Below, piece after piece: positions 9,568-20,210 of a stretch of DNA of 64,000 nt. The DNA lies in NCBI GenBank assembly GCA_016192425.1, contig JACPUE010000066.1, positions 99,306 to 163,305 of the forward strand, written 5' to 3'. The translations under genes and the position numbers were made by a program. Each line of letters opens with the position of its first letter. Positions within the stretch are counted from its first letter, which is position 1. The notes beneath the pieces were generated by a model. The model was given only the letters and a program-made list of their open reading frames with translations. It had not been told where the DNA came from and did not search any database. Source of the DNA: Burkholderiales bacterium. Its GTDB lineage: Bacteria; Pseudomonadota; Gammaproteobacteria; Burkholderiales; Burkholderiaceae_C.

Positions 9568-10266
9568 ATGGATGCGCAGGGCACAGATTTTCCCGAGGCG
9601 CCCCGGCGCGCCCGGGGGCGCCCGCGCAAGCTGCCCGATGCGCGCGACGAGGGCAACCGCCGCCGCGAACTGTTGCGCTGCGCGGCGCGCCTGTTCCGCA
9701 GCCGGGGCTTCGCCGCCGTCAGCACGCGCGACATTGCGGCTGCGGCAGGCATGCAAAGCGGCTCGCCCTTCTACCACTTCGAAAGCAAGAGTGCGCTGCT
9801 GCACGCCGTGATGCACGAAGGCATGGAGCACGCCGTACGCAGCCAGCAGGCGGCGCTGGGCGGCGTGCGTGCCGATGCGCCGCCGCAGGAGCGCCTGGCG
9901 GTGCTGGTGCGCCACCATTTCGAAATCCTGTTCGGCCCCGAGGGCGACTTCATCCCCGTGATGCTGTACGAATGGCGCTCGCTCACGCCCGAGCAGCGCC
10001 ACTCCATCGCCCGCCTCAAAGCCGTGTACGAGGCCCCCTGGATGCCCGTGCTGCAGGCCTTGCACCAGCAGGGGCGGCTATGCACCGCGCCGCCGCTGGC
10101 GCGCCTGTTCATCCTGGGGGCGCTCAACTGGTCGGTGCAGTGGTACCGGCCCGATGGCCCCCTGTCACTCGATGCGCTGGCGCAGCAGGCGTTGGCCTTG
10201 TTTCTGGGGCCACCCGCCGCAGAGCCCTTCCTCCCACCCGCCCAACCCTTGGAGACCCCGGCATGA
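9568..10266 (+). CDS. TetR/AcrR family transcriptional regulator
   Basis: N-terminal HTH (…RRELLRCAARLFRSRGFAAVSTRDIAAAAG…). The stop overlaps the start of the next gene. Confidence 0.8.
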   Translation: MDAQGTDFPEAPRRARGRPRKLPDARDEGNRRRELLRCAARLFRSRGFAAVSTRDIAAAAGMQSGSPFYHFESKSALLHAVMHEGMEHAVRSQQAALGGVRADAPPQERLAVLVRHHFEILFGPEGDFIPVMLYEWRSLTPEQRHSIARLKAVYEAPWMPVLQALHQQGRLCTAPPLARLFILGALNWSVQWYRPDGPLSLDALAQQALALFLGPPAAEPFLPPAQPLETPA

Positions 10267-11036
10267 GCCTTTCCTTCCAGACCACCACCGAGAACAAGAT
10301 CCTGCACCTGCGCTTTGGCCAGGCAGGCGTGCGCAACCTCATGGACGACGCCTGGTTCGATGTGCTGGAGGGCCATCTGGCCCGTGCGGAAGCAGACTCC
10401 GGCGTGCGCGTGGTGCTGCTCAGCGCCGAGGGTGACGCCTTCTGCTCAGGCGCCAACCTCAAGAGCGTGCAGCACGGCCTGCTCGCCGAAGGCTACGCGC
10501 AGTCTGCGCTCTCGCGCCTGCTGCGCCGCCTGACGTCGTTCGACAAGCCCATCGTGGCGGCGGTACACGGCCTGGCCATCGGCGGCGGCAGCACCTTGCT
10601 GCTGCATTGCGACTTTGTGCACGCGGCGCAGGGCACGCGTTTTCAGCTGCCCTTTGCGCGCCTGGGGCTGGTGCCCGAATTCGGCTCCAGCTACCTGCTG
10701 CCCTTGAATGCCGGCATGCGGCTGGCCAGCCAGCTCGTGCTGCTGGGCGAGCCGTTTGACGCCGACACCGCGCTGCGCGCCGGGCTGCTCACCACCGTGG
10801 AACCCGCAGGCCAGGAACTGGCCCGCGCACGCCAGACCGCCGAGGCCCTGGCACAGCTCGCGCCCGGCCCCGTGGCACGCGCCAAGCGCCTGCTGCGCCT
10901 GGGCCACCAGGCCGCACTGCAGGCGGCGCTGGCCGCCGAGGGCGAAGCCCTGCAGGACAGCGTGCAGTCGCCCGAACTGGCAGAGGCGGTGATGGCTTTC
11001 ATCGAGAAGCGCCCACCGGATTTTTCGCGGTTTTAG
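10263..11036 (+). CDS. enoyl-CoA hydratase/isomerase family protein
   Basis: Crotonase motifs (…AEGDAFCSGANL…). ATGA overlap with the TetR gene. Confidence 0.8.
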   Translation: MSLSFQTTTENKILHLRFGQAGVRNLMDDAWFDVLEGHLARAEADSGVRVVLLSAEGDAFCSGANLKSVQHGLLAEGYAQSALSRLLRRLTSFDKPIVAAVHGLAIGGGSTLLLHCDFVHAAQGTRFQLPFARLGLVPEFGSSYLLPLNAGMRLASQLVLLGEPFDADTALRAGLLTTVEPAGQELARARQTAEALAQLAPGPVARAKRLLRLGHQAALQAALAAEGEALQDSVQSPELAEAVMAFIEKRPPDFSRF

Positions 11037-11045
11037 GGCATTGCC

Positions 11046-11468
11046 TTACACAGAGCCCTGAGCCTGCGGCACCGGGCGCGGGCGGCCTTCGCTGTCGATG
11101 GCCACGTAGGTCAGGCGTGCCTCGGTGACCTTCACGTAGCGGCCCTGTTCGGCAAAGCGCTCGGCAAAGACTTCCACCTCCACGGTGATGGAGGTGTGCC
11201 CGATGCGGGTGACGCTGGCGTAGAACGACAGGATGTCGCCCACGCGCACGGGCTGTTTGAAGATGAATTCATTGACCGCCACCGTGGCCATGCGGCCTTG
11301 CACGTGGCGTGCGGGCAGTACGGAGCCCGCCAGGTCCACCTGCGCCATCACCCAGCCGCCAAAGATGTCGCCATTGCCGTTGGTGTCGGCGGGCACGGGG
11401 ATGACCTTGAGCACCAGTTCCTTGTCTGTGGGCAAGGGAGCGGCGGGGCGGCTGGAATGCTGGGACAT
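11046..11468 (-). CDS. yciA: acyl-CoA thioester hydrolase (YciA-like hotdog)
   Basis: 140 aa. Contains the …GDIFGGWVMAQVDLAGSV… motif. Confidence 0.7.
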   Translation of the reverse strand: MSQHSSRPAAPLPTDKELVLKVIPVPADTNGNGDIFGGWVMAQVDLAGSVLPARHVQGRMATVAVNEFIFKQPVRVGDILSFYASVTRIGHTSITVEVEVFAERFAEQGRYVKVTEARLTYVAIDSEGRPRPVPQAQGSV

Positions 11469-11510
11469 GGGCACAATCTCTGGTGTTGTTTGATCCTTGG
11501 ATTGTCTCCC

Positions 11511-13328
11511 ATGCGCCGCCACGGCGAATCTGTTCCTTCCCTTTCGCCCCTCGATCCCGCCCGCCCACGTTCCGACTGGGCCACCCTGGGCCGCCTGCTG
11601 CCCTACCTGTGGCAATACAAGGGCCGGGTGCTGGCGGCCATTGCCTTCATGGTGGGTGCCAAATTGGCCAACGTGGGCGTGCCGCTGCTGCTCAAGCAAT
11701 TGGTGGATGCCATGGATGTATCTGCGGATGCCGCCACGGCGCTGCTGGTGGTGCCGGTGGGCCTGCTGCTGGCCTATGGCTTGCTGCGCCTGTCCACCTC
11801 GCTGTTCACCGAGCTGCGTGAACTGGTCTTTGCCAAGGCCACGCACGGTGCGGCGCGCAATATCGCGCTGCAGACGTTTGCGCACCTGCACGGCCTGAGC
11901 CTGCGTTTCCACCTGGAGCGCCAGACCGGCGGCATGACGCGCGACATCGAGCGCGGTGTGCGCGGCATCGAGTCGCTGGTGTCGTTTGCGCTGTTCAACA
12001 TTCTGGCCACGCTGGTCGAGGTGCTGCTGGTGCTTACGGTGCTGGGTGCGCGCTTCGATGGTGGGTTTGCCGTCATCACGCTCACGGCGCTGCTGTGCTA
12101 CATCGCCTATACCGTGCTGGTGACCGAATGGCGTACCCAGTTCCGGCGCGAGGCCAACGAGTTCGACTCGGCCGCGCACACCAAGGCGGTCGATTCGCTG
12201 CTCAACTACGAGACGGTCAAGTACTTCAACAACGAACAGTTCGAGGCGCGGCGCTACGACGAGAGCCTGGAGCGCCTGCGGCGCGCGCGCCTCAAGAGCC
12301 AGAGCACGCTGTCGCTGCTCAACACCGGGCAGCAGCTCATCATCGCCGTCGGGCTGGTGGCCATGCTCTGGCGCGCCACGCAGGGTGTGGCCGAGGGGCG
12401 GCTGACGCTGGGCGACCTGGTCATGGTCAACGCCTTCATGATCCAGATCTACATCCCGCTCAACTTCCTGGGCGTGATCTACCGCGAGATCAAGCAGAGC
12501 CTGACCGACCTGGACAAGATGTTCACCCTGATGGACAGGGAGCGCGAAGTGGCCGACGCCCCAGGCGCCACGCCGCTGGCCGGGCTGGCGGCGCCCACGG
12601 TGCGTTTTGAAGACGTGCACTTTGCCTACGAGCCCAGCCGCCCCATCCTCAATGGAGTCAGTTTCGAGATTCCGGCGGGCAAGACGGTCGCCGTGGTCGG
12701 GCCCTCGGGCGCGGGCAAGTCCACGCTCTCGCGCCTGCTGTTCCGCTTTTATGACGTGCAGGCCGGGCGCATCCGCATTGCCGGGCAGGACATCCGCAGC
12801 GTGACGCAGGAAAGCCTGCGCCGCGCCATCGGCATCGTGCCGCAGGACACGGTGCTGTTCAACGACACCGTGGCCTACAACATCGCCTACGGTCGCCCGG
12901 ACGCCTCGCAGGATGAGGTGGAGCAGGCCGCACGCGCGGCGCACATCCATGGTTTCATCGCCGCCACGCCCAAGGGCTACGCCACCATGGTGGGCGAGCG
13001 CGGGCTCAAGCTCTCGGGCGGCGAGAAGCAGCGCGTGGCCATTGCGCGCACGCTGCTGAAGAACCCGCCCATCCTGATCTTCGACGAGGCCACCAGCGCG
13101 CTGGATTCGGCCAACGAGCGCGCCATCCAGGCCGAGCTGCGCCAGGTGGCGCAGGGCAAGACCACGCTGGTGATTGCGCACCGCCTCTCCACAGTGGTGG
13201 ATGCGCACGAGATCCTGGTCATGGACGCAGGGCGCATCGTCGAGCGCGGAAACCATGCTGCGCTGCTGGCGGCAGGTGGACGCTATGCGCGCATGTGGGC
13301 CTTGCAGCAGGCGGGGCAGGAGCCTTGA
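11511..13328 (+). CDS. ABC transporter, fused permease/ATP-binding protein (ABCB/ATM1-like exporter)
   Basis: Six-TM N-terminal half. Walker A GPSGAGKST, signature LSGGEKQRVAIAR, Walker B ILIFDEATSALD. Confidence 0.85.
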   Translation: MRRHGESVPSLSPLDPARPRSDWATLGRLLPYLWQYKGRVLAAIAFMVGAKLANVGVPLLLKQLVDAMDVSADAATALLVVPVGLLLAYGLLRLSTSLFTELRELVFAKATHGAARNIALQTFAHLHGLSLRFHLERQTGGMTRDIERGVRGIESLVSFALFNILATLVEVLLVLTVLGARFDGGFAVITLTALLCYIAYTVLVTEWRTQFRREANEFDSAAHTKAVDSLLNYETVKYFNNEQFEARRYDESLERLRRARLKSQSTLSLLNTGQQLIIAVGLVAMLWRATQGVAEGRLTLGDLVMVNAFMIQIYIPLNFLGVIYREIKQSLTDLDKMFTLMDREREVADAPGATPLAGLAAPTVRFEDVHFAYEPSRPILNGVSFEIPAGKTVAVVGPSGAGKSTLSRLLFRFYDVQAGRIRIAGQDIRSVTQESLRRAIGIVPQDTVLFNDTVAYNIAYGRPDASQDEVEQAARAAHIHGFIAATPKGYATMVGERGLKLSGGEKQRVAIARTLLKNPPILIFDEATSALDSANERAIQAELRQVAQGKTTLVIAHRLSTVVDAHEILVMDAGRIVERGNHAALLAAGGRYARMWALQQAGQEP

Positions 13329-13405
13329 GGGCTTGAGGCGCAGCACCAGCATGCATGCGCGCTTGCCCCTATAGCCAGCGCAGGGGCGGGGAAGATAATT
13401 CCCCG

Positions 13406-14344
13406 ATGGAAACCAAATGGCTTGAGGATTTTGTCAGCTTGGCCGAAACGCGCAGTTTCAGCCGATCCGCGCAACTGCGCCATGTCACGCAACCGGCTTT
13501 CTCGCGCCGCATCCAGGCGCTGGAAGCCTGGGCGGGCGCCGATCTGGTGGACCGCAGCTCTTACCCCACCCGGCTCACGGGCGCAGGCAAGACGCTGTAT
13601 GACCAATCGCTGGAAATTCTGCAGGCGCTGCAAAACACGCGGGCCATGCTGCGCGCGCACAGCGTCACCAGCCAGGACATGATCGAGTTCGCTGTGCCGC
13701 ACACGCTGGCGTTTACCTTCTTTCCGGCCTGGGTGTCCACCTTGCGCGCCAAGTTCGGGCCGTTCAAGAGCCGGCTCATCGCCCTGAACGTGCACGATGC
13801 GCTGATGCGCCTGGTCGAGGGCAGTTGCGATTTGCTCATCACCTACCACCACGATTCGCAGCCCTTCCAGCTCGATGCGGAGCGCTACGAGATGGTCAGC
13901 CTGGGCAAAGAGGTGCTGGCCCCCTACAGCCGCCCGGACGCCGAAGGCAGGCCCCTGCATTGCCTGCCTGGCAAGCCAGGCCAGCCACTGCCCTACCTGG
14001 GCTATGCACCAGGCGCATACCTGGGCCGGGTGACGGAACTGATCCTCAAGCAATCGGGCACACCCATCCATCTGGACCGGGTGTATGAAACCGATATGGC
14101 CGAGGGCCTCAAGGCCATGGCGCTGGAGGGGCAGGGCGTGGCCTTTCTGCCCTATAGCGCCGTAAAGAAAGAGCTGAGAGCGCGCCGCCTGGTCAGCGCT
14201 GTCCCTCCAGGCGGCGGGGAACTGCAAATGGTGATGGATGTGCGCGCCTACCGGGAACGGCCTTTGGGCAAGGAGCCCGCCAAGGGCACCGCCCAGGCTT
14301 TGTGGGAATACCTGCAGGCTCAGGCTGGCGCGGGACTTGTATAA
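13406..14344 (+). CDS. LysR family transcriptional regulator
   Basis: N-terminal HTH (METKWLEDFVSLAETRSFSRSAQLRHVTQPAFSRRIQALE). Confidence 0.85.
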   Translation: METKWLEDFVSLAETRSFSRSAQLRHVTQPAFSRRIQALEAWAGADLVDRSSYPTRLTGAGKTLYDQSLEILQALQNTRAMLRAHSVTSQDMIEFAVPHTLAFTFFPAWVSTLRAKFGPFKSRLIALNVHDALMRLVEGSCDLLITYHHDSQPFQLDAERYEMVSLGKEVLAPYSRPDAEGRPLHCLPGKPGQPLPYLGYAPGAYLGRVTELILKQSGTPIHLDRVYETDMAEGLKAMALEGQGVAFLPYSAVKKELRARRLVSAVPPGGGELQMVMDVRAYRERPLGKEPAKGTAQALWEYLQAQAGAGLV

Positions 14345-14514
14345 AAATATTTCATAGTTGTGCGCGGATTCGGCATTGGCAATGCCTGATAGGGGGACTT
14401 ACCATCCGCGCCTTGAAGATTTTCCGGGGACGGATGCGGGGGGCTTTTGCCCTGCGCCGGTACCCATTTCAGCGCCATGGCGCTGAACCATGAATGGATC
14501 GACCGGGAGCCCGC

Positions 14515-15399
14515 ATGACCACCATCAGAAGCTTTGCCGTTTGCCTGGCGCTGCTGTGCAGTGCGGCAGCGGTGTCTGCGCAAACGGTGCTCGAGCGTGT
14601 TGCCGCGGGCGGCAAGCTGGTGGTGGCGCACCGCGAATCGTCGGTGCCGTTTTCTTACATGGTGGATGGCAAGCCGGTTGGCTATGCCGTGGATCTGTGC
14701 CTGCGCATTGCCGATGCCGTGCGCAAGAAAACGGGCATGAAGGACATGCAGGTGGAGTTCCTCATGGTCACGCCGGCCAATCGAATGGTTATGGTCGAGC
14801 AGGGCAAGGCCGACCTGGAATGTGGCTCGACCACCAACAACGCCGAGCGGCGCCAGAAGGTTGGATTCACCATCCCCCATTTCATTACCGGAGCGCGCCT
14901 GCTGGTCAAGGCTTCCAGCCCGGTGGACCGTATTGAAGACCTCACGGGCCGAAAGCTCGTGTCCACCAAGGGCACCACGCCGCTCAAGGCAGTGGAGCAG
15001 GCCAACCGCGAGCGGCTCATGGGCCTGACCATCGAAGAGGCCCCAGACCATGCGCGGGGTGTTGAAATGGTCGAGAAAGGCGAGGCCGATGCCTTTTTGA
15101 TGGACGATGTGCTGCTGTTCGGCCTGGCGGCCAACCGTCCTGACCCCAAGGCACTGAAGGTGGTGGGGCGGTTCCTGACCACCGAGCCGCTGGCCATCAT
15201 GCTGCCCAGGAGCGACGCGGCGTTCAAGAAGGTGGTGGATGACGAGATGCGCCGCCTGGTCACCAGCCGCGAGATCTACGATATCTACGACAAGTGGTTC
15301 ATGCGCCCCATTCCGCCCAAGGGCACAGCCTTGAACATGCCGGTGAGTTACCTGCTGCGCGATTTCTGGAAGTACCCCACCGACCAAGTTCCTTTCTGA
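14515..15399 (+). CDS. gltI: glutamate/aspartate ABC transporter substrate-binding protein
   Basis: Signal peptide. Contains the LECGSTTNN motif. An alternative start is at 14494. Confidence 0.8.
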   Translation: MTTIRSFAVCLALLCSAAAVSAQTVLERVAAGGKLVVAHRESSVPFSYMVDGKPVGYAVDLCLRIADAVRKKTGMKDMQVEFLMVTPANRMVMVEQGKADLECGSTTNNAERRQKVGFTIPHFITGARLLVKASSPVDRIEDLTGRKLVSTKGTTPLKAVEQANRERLMGLTIEEAPDHARGVEMVEKGEADAFLMDDVLLFGLAANRPDPKALKVVGRFLTTEPLAIMLPRSDAAFKKVVDDEMRRLVTSREIYDIYDKWFMRPIPPKGTALNMPVSYLLRDFWKYPTDQVPF

Positions 15400-15519
15400 A
15401 TACGGGTGGCGCGCGCAGCGCGTTGCCGGTTACGATGGTGCGGCTTCGGTGCAGGCCCAGGGCCTGCGCTGATAATCGCACACCGTCCGTTTTTTTCGTT
15501 GACCCACAAGGAGACAATC

Positions 15520-16413
15520 ATGAAGAAACCCCTGCTCGCGGCTGCCATCACCCTCTTGGCCGCAGGCTCTGCCATGGCGCAAGCCAATGACACACTGGCC
15601 AAGATCAAGGGCGCAGGCAGCATTACCCTGGGGGTGCGCGAATCCTCGGGGCTGTCCTACACCCTGGGCGGTGGCAAGTACGTCGGTTTCCACACCGAGA
15701 TGGCTGAGGTCATCATTGCCGATCTGCAGAAGCAGGTGGGCAAGCTGGAAATCAAATACCAGCCCGTGACTTCGCAGAACCGTATTCCGCTGATGACCAA
15801 CGGCACGGTGGATCTGGAATGTGGTTCCACCACCAACAACGCTGCACGCCAGAAGGACGTGGCCTTCGCCGTGACCACCTATGTGGAAGAGGTGCGCATT
15901 GCAGTCAAGGCCAGTTCGGGCATTGCGTCCATTAAGGACCTGAACGGCAAGACCGTGGCTACCACCACGGGCACGACGTCGGTGCAGACACTGCGCAAGC
16001 ATGAGCGTGCCGGCGGTATCGACTTCAAGGAGGTGTTTGGCAAGGACCACGCAGACAGCTTCCTCATGCTGGAAACCGGCCGTGCCGACGCTTTTGTGAT
16101 GGATGGCTCCATCCTGGCCGCCAACATCTCCAAGGCCAAGCATCCGGCCGATTTCAAGATCGTGGGTGAGGTGCTGAGCGTCGAGCCGATTGCCTGCATG
16201 CTGCGCAAGGACGACCCCGCGTTCAAGAAGGCGGTGGACGATTCCATCAAGCGCCAGATCAAGGACGGTTCGCTCGCCAAGCTGTACGACAAGTGGTTCA
16301 TGCAGCCCGTGCCGCCCACCAACCTGGCCATTGGCCTGCCCTTGTCTGCTGCGACGAAGGATGCCTGGGCCAACCCCAACGACAAGCCCATGGAAGAGTA
16401 CGCCAAGAAGTAA
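15520..16413 (+). CDS. second polar amino-acid ABC substrate-binding protein (paralogue)
   Basis: Signal peptide MKKPLLAAAITLLAAGSAMA. Carries the same LECGSTTNN core as the upstream binding protein. Confidence 0.8.
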   Translation: MKKPLLAAAITLLAAGSAMAQANDTLAKIKGAGSITLGVRESSGLSYTLGGGKYVGFHTEMAEVIIADLQKQVGKLEIKYQPVTSQNRIPLMTNGTVDLECGSTTNNAARQKDVAFAVTTYVEEVRIAVKASSGIASIKDLNGKTVATTTGTTSVQTLRKHERAGGIDFKEVFGKDHADSFLMLETGRADAFVMDGSILAANISKAKHPADFKIVGEVLSVEPIACMLRKDDPAFKKAVDDSIKRQIKDGSLAKLYDKWFMQPVPPTNLAIGLPLSAATKDAWANPNDKPMEEYAKK

Positions 16414-16518
16414 ACCAGGGTAGGAGCCGCCCCTTCGGACCAACGGTTTGAAGGGGCTTTTTTGTTGGGTGCTGCGGCAAGCCGCCCAGCACATCTTGTT
16501 TGAGGAAGGAACCATCCT

Positions 16519-17274
16519 ATGAGCTGGGATTGGCAGGTGTTCTGCGAGGACACGCTGACAAGGGAGGCGACGCAAGGCTGCTTTGGAAAAGGCGGCGACA
16601 TCACCTACCTGGACTGGATGCTGTCGGCATGGGGCTGGACTGTGTCAGTATCGTTATTAGCGCTGGTGCTGGCATTGGTCGTGGGGTCGCTGGTCGGCAC
16701 CTTGCGCACCTTGCCGGACAGGCCCATGGCGGTGCGCCTGGGCAATGCCTGGGTGGAGCTGTTTCGCAACATCCCGCTGCTGGTGCAGATTTTTGTCTGG
16801 TACCACGTGGTGCCCACCCTGTTCCCGGTGATGCGGGGCGTGTCCGGCTTTGTGCTGGTGGTGCTGGCGCTGGGTTTCTTTACCTCGGCGCGCATTGCCG
16901 AGCAGGTGCGCTCGGGCATCCAGGCCTTGCCGCGCGGCCAGCGCTATGCGGGCATGGCCATGGGTTTCACCACCTTCCAGACCTACCGCTATGTGCTGTT
17001 GCCCATGGCGTTTCGCATCATCATTCCGCCGCTGACCAGCGAGACGATGAACATCTTCAAGAACTCCTCGGTGGCCTTTGCCGTGTCGGTGGCCGAGCTG
17101 ACCATGTTCGCCATGCAGGCGCAGGAAGAAACCTCGCGCGGCATCGAGGTGTACCTGGCCGTCACGGGCCTGTACGTTGTCTCGGCCTTTGCCATCAACC
17201 GCATCATGGCCTTCATCGAAAAGCGCTCGCGTGTGCCCGGCCTGATCGTCGCCGGTGGATCGGGAGGGCACTGA
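16519..17274 (+). CDS. gltJ: amino-acid ABC transporter permease
   Basis: Polar amino-acid permease fold with the EAA-like loop …ARIAEQVRSGIQALPRGQ…. Confidence 0.85.
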   Translation: MSWDWQVFCEDTLTREATQGCFGKGGDITYLDWMLSAWGWTVSVSLLALVLALVVGSLVGTLRTLPDRPMAVRLGNAWVELFRNIPLLVQIFVWYHVVPTLFPVMRGVSGFVLVVLALGFFTSARIAEQVRSGIQALPRGQRYAGMAMGFTTFQTYRYVLLPMAFRIIIPPLTSETMNIFKNSSVAFAVSVAELTMFAMQAQEETSRGIEVYLAVTGLYVVSAFAINRIMAFIEKRSRVPGLIVAGGSGGH

Positions 17275-17275
17275 C

Positions 17276-17947
17276 ATGAACCTCGCTATCGACTTTTCCT
17301 TCTACAACTGGGACCTGATCAGCAACTTCGTGCTCAAGGGGCTGTATTTCAGCGTGGTGCTCACCGTGGTGGCTACGCTGGGAGGTGTGTTCTTTGGCAC
17401 GCTGCTGGCGTTGATGCGCCTGTCGGGCAAGAAATGGCTGGACGTGCCCGCCACCATCTACGTCAATGGCATGCGCAGCATTCCGCTGGTCATGGTGATT
17501 CTGTGGTTCTTCCTGCTGGTGCCCTTGCTCATCGGGCGCCCCATCGGTGCGGAGCTGTCTGCCACGGTGACCTTCATTGCCTTTGAAGCAGCCTACTTCA
17601 GCGAGATCATGCGCGCGGGCATCCAGTCCATTCCGCGCGGCCAGGTGTTTGCGGGCCAGGCGCTGGGCATGACCTACGGCCAGAACATGAAGCTCGTGAT
17701 CCTGCCGCAGGCGTTTCGCAACATGCTGCCGGTGCTGCTGACGCAGACCATCATCCTGTTCCAGGACACATCGCTGGTTTACGCCATTGGCGCCTACGAC
17801 ATGCTCAAGGGCTTTGAAGTCGCGGGCAAGAACTTCGGCCGCCCCATCGAAGCCTATCTGGCAGCGGCGGTGGTCTATTTCATCATCTGCTATGCCTTGT
17901 CCTGGACGGTCAAGCGCCTGCACCAGAAGATCGCCATCATCCGCTGA
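17276..17947 (+). CDS. gltK: amino-acid ABC transporter permease
   Basis: Contains …AAYFSEIMRAGIQSIPRGQ…. Confidence 0.85.
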   Translation: MNLAIDFSFYNWDLISNFVLKGLYFSVVLTVVATLGGVFFGTLLALMRLSGKKWLDVPATIYVNGMRSIPLVMVILWFFLLVPLLIGRPIGAELSATVTFIAFEAAYFSEIMRAGIQSIPRGQVFAGQALGMTYGQNMKLVILPQAFRNMLPVLLTQTIILFQDTSLVYAIGAYDMLKGFEVAGKNFGRPIEAYLAAAVVYFIICYALSWTVKRLHQKIAIIR

Positions 17948-17973
17948 TGGCCCCCGCGTGAGGAATTTCAACA

Positions 17974-18711
17974 ATGATCGAACTCAAGAACGTTTCCAAG
18001 TGGTACGGCTCCTTCCAGGTGCTCAACGACTGCTCCACCAGCATCAGCAAGGGTGAGGTGGTGGTGGTGTGCGGGCCCTCGGGCTCTGGCAAGTCCACGC
18101 TCATCAAGACAATCAATGCGCTCGAACCCATCCAGAAGGGCGAGATCTGGGTGGACGGCACAGCCATCCACGACCCCAAGACCAACCTGCCCAAGCTGCG
18201 CTCGCGCGTGGGCATGGTGTTCCAGCACTTCGAGCTGTTCCCCCACCTGTCGGTGACGGACAACCTGACCATCGCGCAGATCAAGGTGCTGGGCCGCAGT
18301 GCCGACGACGCCAGGAAGCGCGGCCTCAAGATGCTGGAACGCGTGGGCCTGATCGCCCACAAGGACAAGTTCCCCGGCCAGCTCTCGGGCGGCCAGCAGC
18401 AGCGTGTGGCCATTGCGCGCGCTCTCTCCATGGACCCCATCGTCATGCTGTTCGACGAACCCACCTCCGCACTCGACCCCGAAATGGTGGGCGAAGTGCT
18501 GGACGTGATGGTGGGCCTGGCCCACGAAGGCATGACCATGATGTGCGTGACCCACGAAATGGGCTTTGCCAAGCGCGTGAGCAACCGGGTGATCTTCATG
18601 GACGTGGGCGGCAAGATCCTGGAGGATTGCTCCAAGGAAGAGTTCTTCGGCAACCCCGACGCACGCCAGCCGCGCACCAAGGACTTCCTCAACAAGATCC
18701 TGCAGCATTGA
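17974..18711 (+). CDS. gltL: amino-acid ABC transporter ATP-binding protein
   Basis: Walker [10 protein letters not shown]. Signature [15 protein letters not shown]. Confidence 0.9.
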   Translation: MIELKNVSKWYGSFQVLNDCSTSISKGEVVVVCGPSGSGKSTLIKTINALEPIQKGEIWVDGTAIHDPKTNLPKLRSRVGMVFQHFELFPHLSVTDNLTIAQIKVLGRSADDARKRGLKMLERVGLIAHKDKFPGQLSGGQQQRVAIARALSMDPIVMLFDEPTSALDPEMVGEVLDVMVGLAHEGMTMMCVTHEMGFAKRVSNRVIFMDVGGKILEDCSKEEFFGNPDARQPRTKDFLNKILQH

Positions 18712-18723
18712 GGTAAGGGGGCA

Positions 18724-18848
18724 TCCCCCTGAGGCGTTGCGCGCCTTCCCCCTTCTCTTGGCTGTCGCCGGGAAGGGGGACGCCACCAGCGCCTGCACGG
18801 TGAAATGCTGGCGGCCCTTGCGCGGTGGCCCTGGTCTGGGCCGCGCGA
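18724..18848 (+). repeat. REP-like repeat, copy 2
   Basis: Same consensus. Intergenic between gltL and pyrC. Confidence 0.8.
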
Positions 18849-18970
18849 TCATTGAGGCCGTCGGCTCTTCACAGCGCCTTTGGGCGCTTTTTTGTGCCTT
18901 TTTTGCCTCCAGGCTGCATGCAGAAAGCGCTGGATGTTATGGTTTTGGAAGTCGCCGGCTGGGTGGGACA

Positions 18971-20053
18971 ATGCTGCCCATGACTGCCTTCCCCGACACC
19001 CTCACGATCACCCGCCCCGACGATTGGCACCTGCATGTGCGCGACGGTGCGCCGCTGCACACCGTGGTGCCGCACACCGCCGCCCAGTTCGGCCGCGCCA
19101 TCATCATGCCCAACCTGCGCCCACCCGTGACCACGGCGCAGCAGGCGCTGGAGTACAAGCAGCGCATCCTGGCGGCCGTACCGCAGGGCCTGGCGTTCGA
19201 GCCGCTGATGACGCTTTACCTCACCGACAACCTGCCGCCCGCCGAAATCGTGCGTGCCAAGGAGGCTGGCGTGGTTGCCTGCAAGCTCTACCCCGCAGGC
19301 GCCACCACCAACAGCGACGCGGGCGTGACCGACATCCGCAAGACCTACCGTACGCTCGAAGCCATGCAGAAGGCCGACCTGCTGCTGCTGGTGCATGGCG
19401 AGGTGACCAGCCCCGACATCGACCTGTTCGACCGCGAGGCCGTGTTCATCGAGCAGCAGCTCATCCCGCTGCGCCGCGATTTCCCCGAACTGAAGATCGT
19501 CTTCGAGCACATCACCACCCAGGAAGCCGCGCAGTATGTGCAAGAGGCCGACCGCTTCACCGCCGCCACGCTCACGGCGCACCACCTGCTCTACAACCGC
19601 AACGCCATCTTCACCGGCGGCATCCGTCCGCACTACTACTGCCTGCCCGTGCTCAAGCGCGAGGTGCACCGCCAGGCCCTGGTGCGGGCGGCCACCAGCG
19701 GCAGCCCCAGGTTCTTCCTGGGCACCGACAGCGCGCCGCACCCCGCGCACCTCAAGGAGCATGCCAGCGGCTGCGCGGGCTGCTACACCGCACACGCCGC
19801 CATCGAGATGTACGCCGAGGCCTTCGACAACGCGGGCGCGCTGGACAAGCTCGAAGCCTTTGCCAGCTTCCACGGCCCGGCCTTCTACGGCCTGCCGCGC
19901 AACCAGGGCACCATCACCCTGCGCCGCGAAAGCTGGACGCCACCCGGGAGCTACGCCTTCGGCGAGGCCGAGCTCAAGCCGCTGCGTGCGGGCGAGGCGC
20001 TGCCCTGGCGCATGGAACCTGCAACATGCCCAACGCCGCGCGGGGGGCACTGA
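18971..20053 (+). CDS. pyrC: dihydroorotase (homodimeric type)
   Basis: Contains …[10 protein letters not shown]… and …GTDSAPH… metal ligands. Confidence 0.85.
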   Translation: MLPMTAFPDTLTITRPDDWHLHVRDGAPLHTVVPHTAAQFGRAIIMPNLRPPVTTAQQALEYKQRILAAVPQGLAFEPLMTLYLTDNLPPAEIVRAKEAGVVACKLYPAGATTNSDAGVTDIRKTYRTLEAMQKADLLLLVHGEVTSPDIDLFDREAVFIEQQLIPLRRDFPELKIVFEHITTQEAAQYVQEADRFTAATLTAHHLLYNRNAIFTGGIRPHYYCLPVLKREVHRQALVRAATSGSPRFFLGTDSAPHPAHLKEHASGCAGCYTAHAAIEMYAEAFDNAGALDKLEAFASFHGPAFYGLPRNQGTITLRRESWTPPGSYAFGEAELKPLRAGEALPWRMEPATCPTPRGGH

Positions 20054-20131
20054 AGCCTGCCCTGCCTGGCAGAACTTTTACCCCTAAGATCGCCTCCCAT
20101 GCCCGTGTGAGCGCAGTACCTGCGGCACGGT

Positions 20132-20160
20132 CTTGAAGAGGCGGTTGCGCGCACCCATCT
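20132..20160 (+). promoter_or_regulatory. candidate sigma-32 (RpoH) promoter of htpX
   Basis: CTTGAAG-N14-ACCCATCT versus consensus CTTGAAA-N13-15-CCCCATNT. Confidence 0.4.
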
Positions 20161-20210
20161 TCCGGGCTGGCGAAAGCACTTTCGCCTCTATATCTTCTTA
20201 TGGGAGTACC

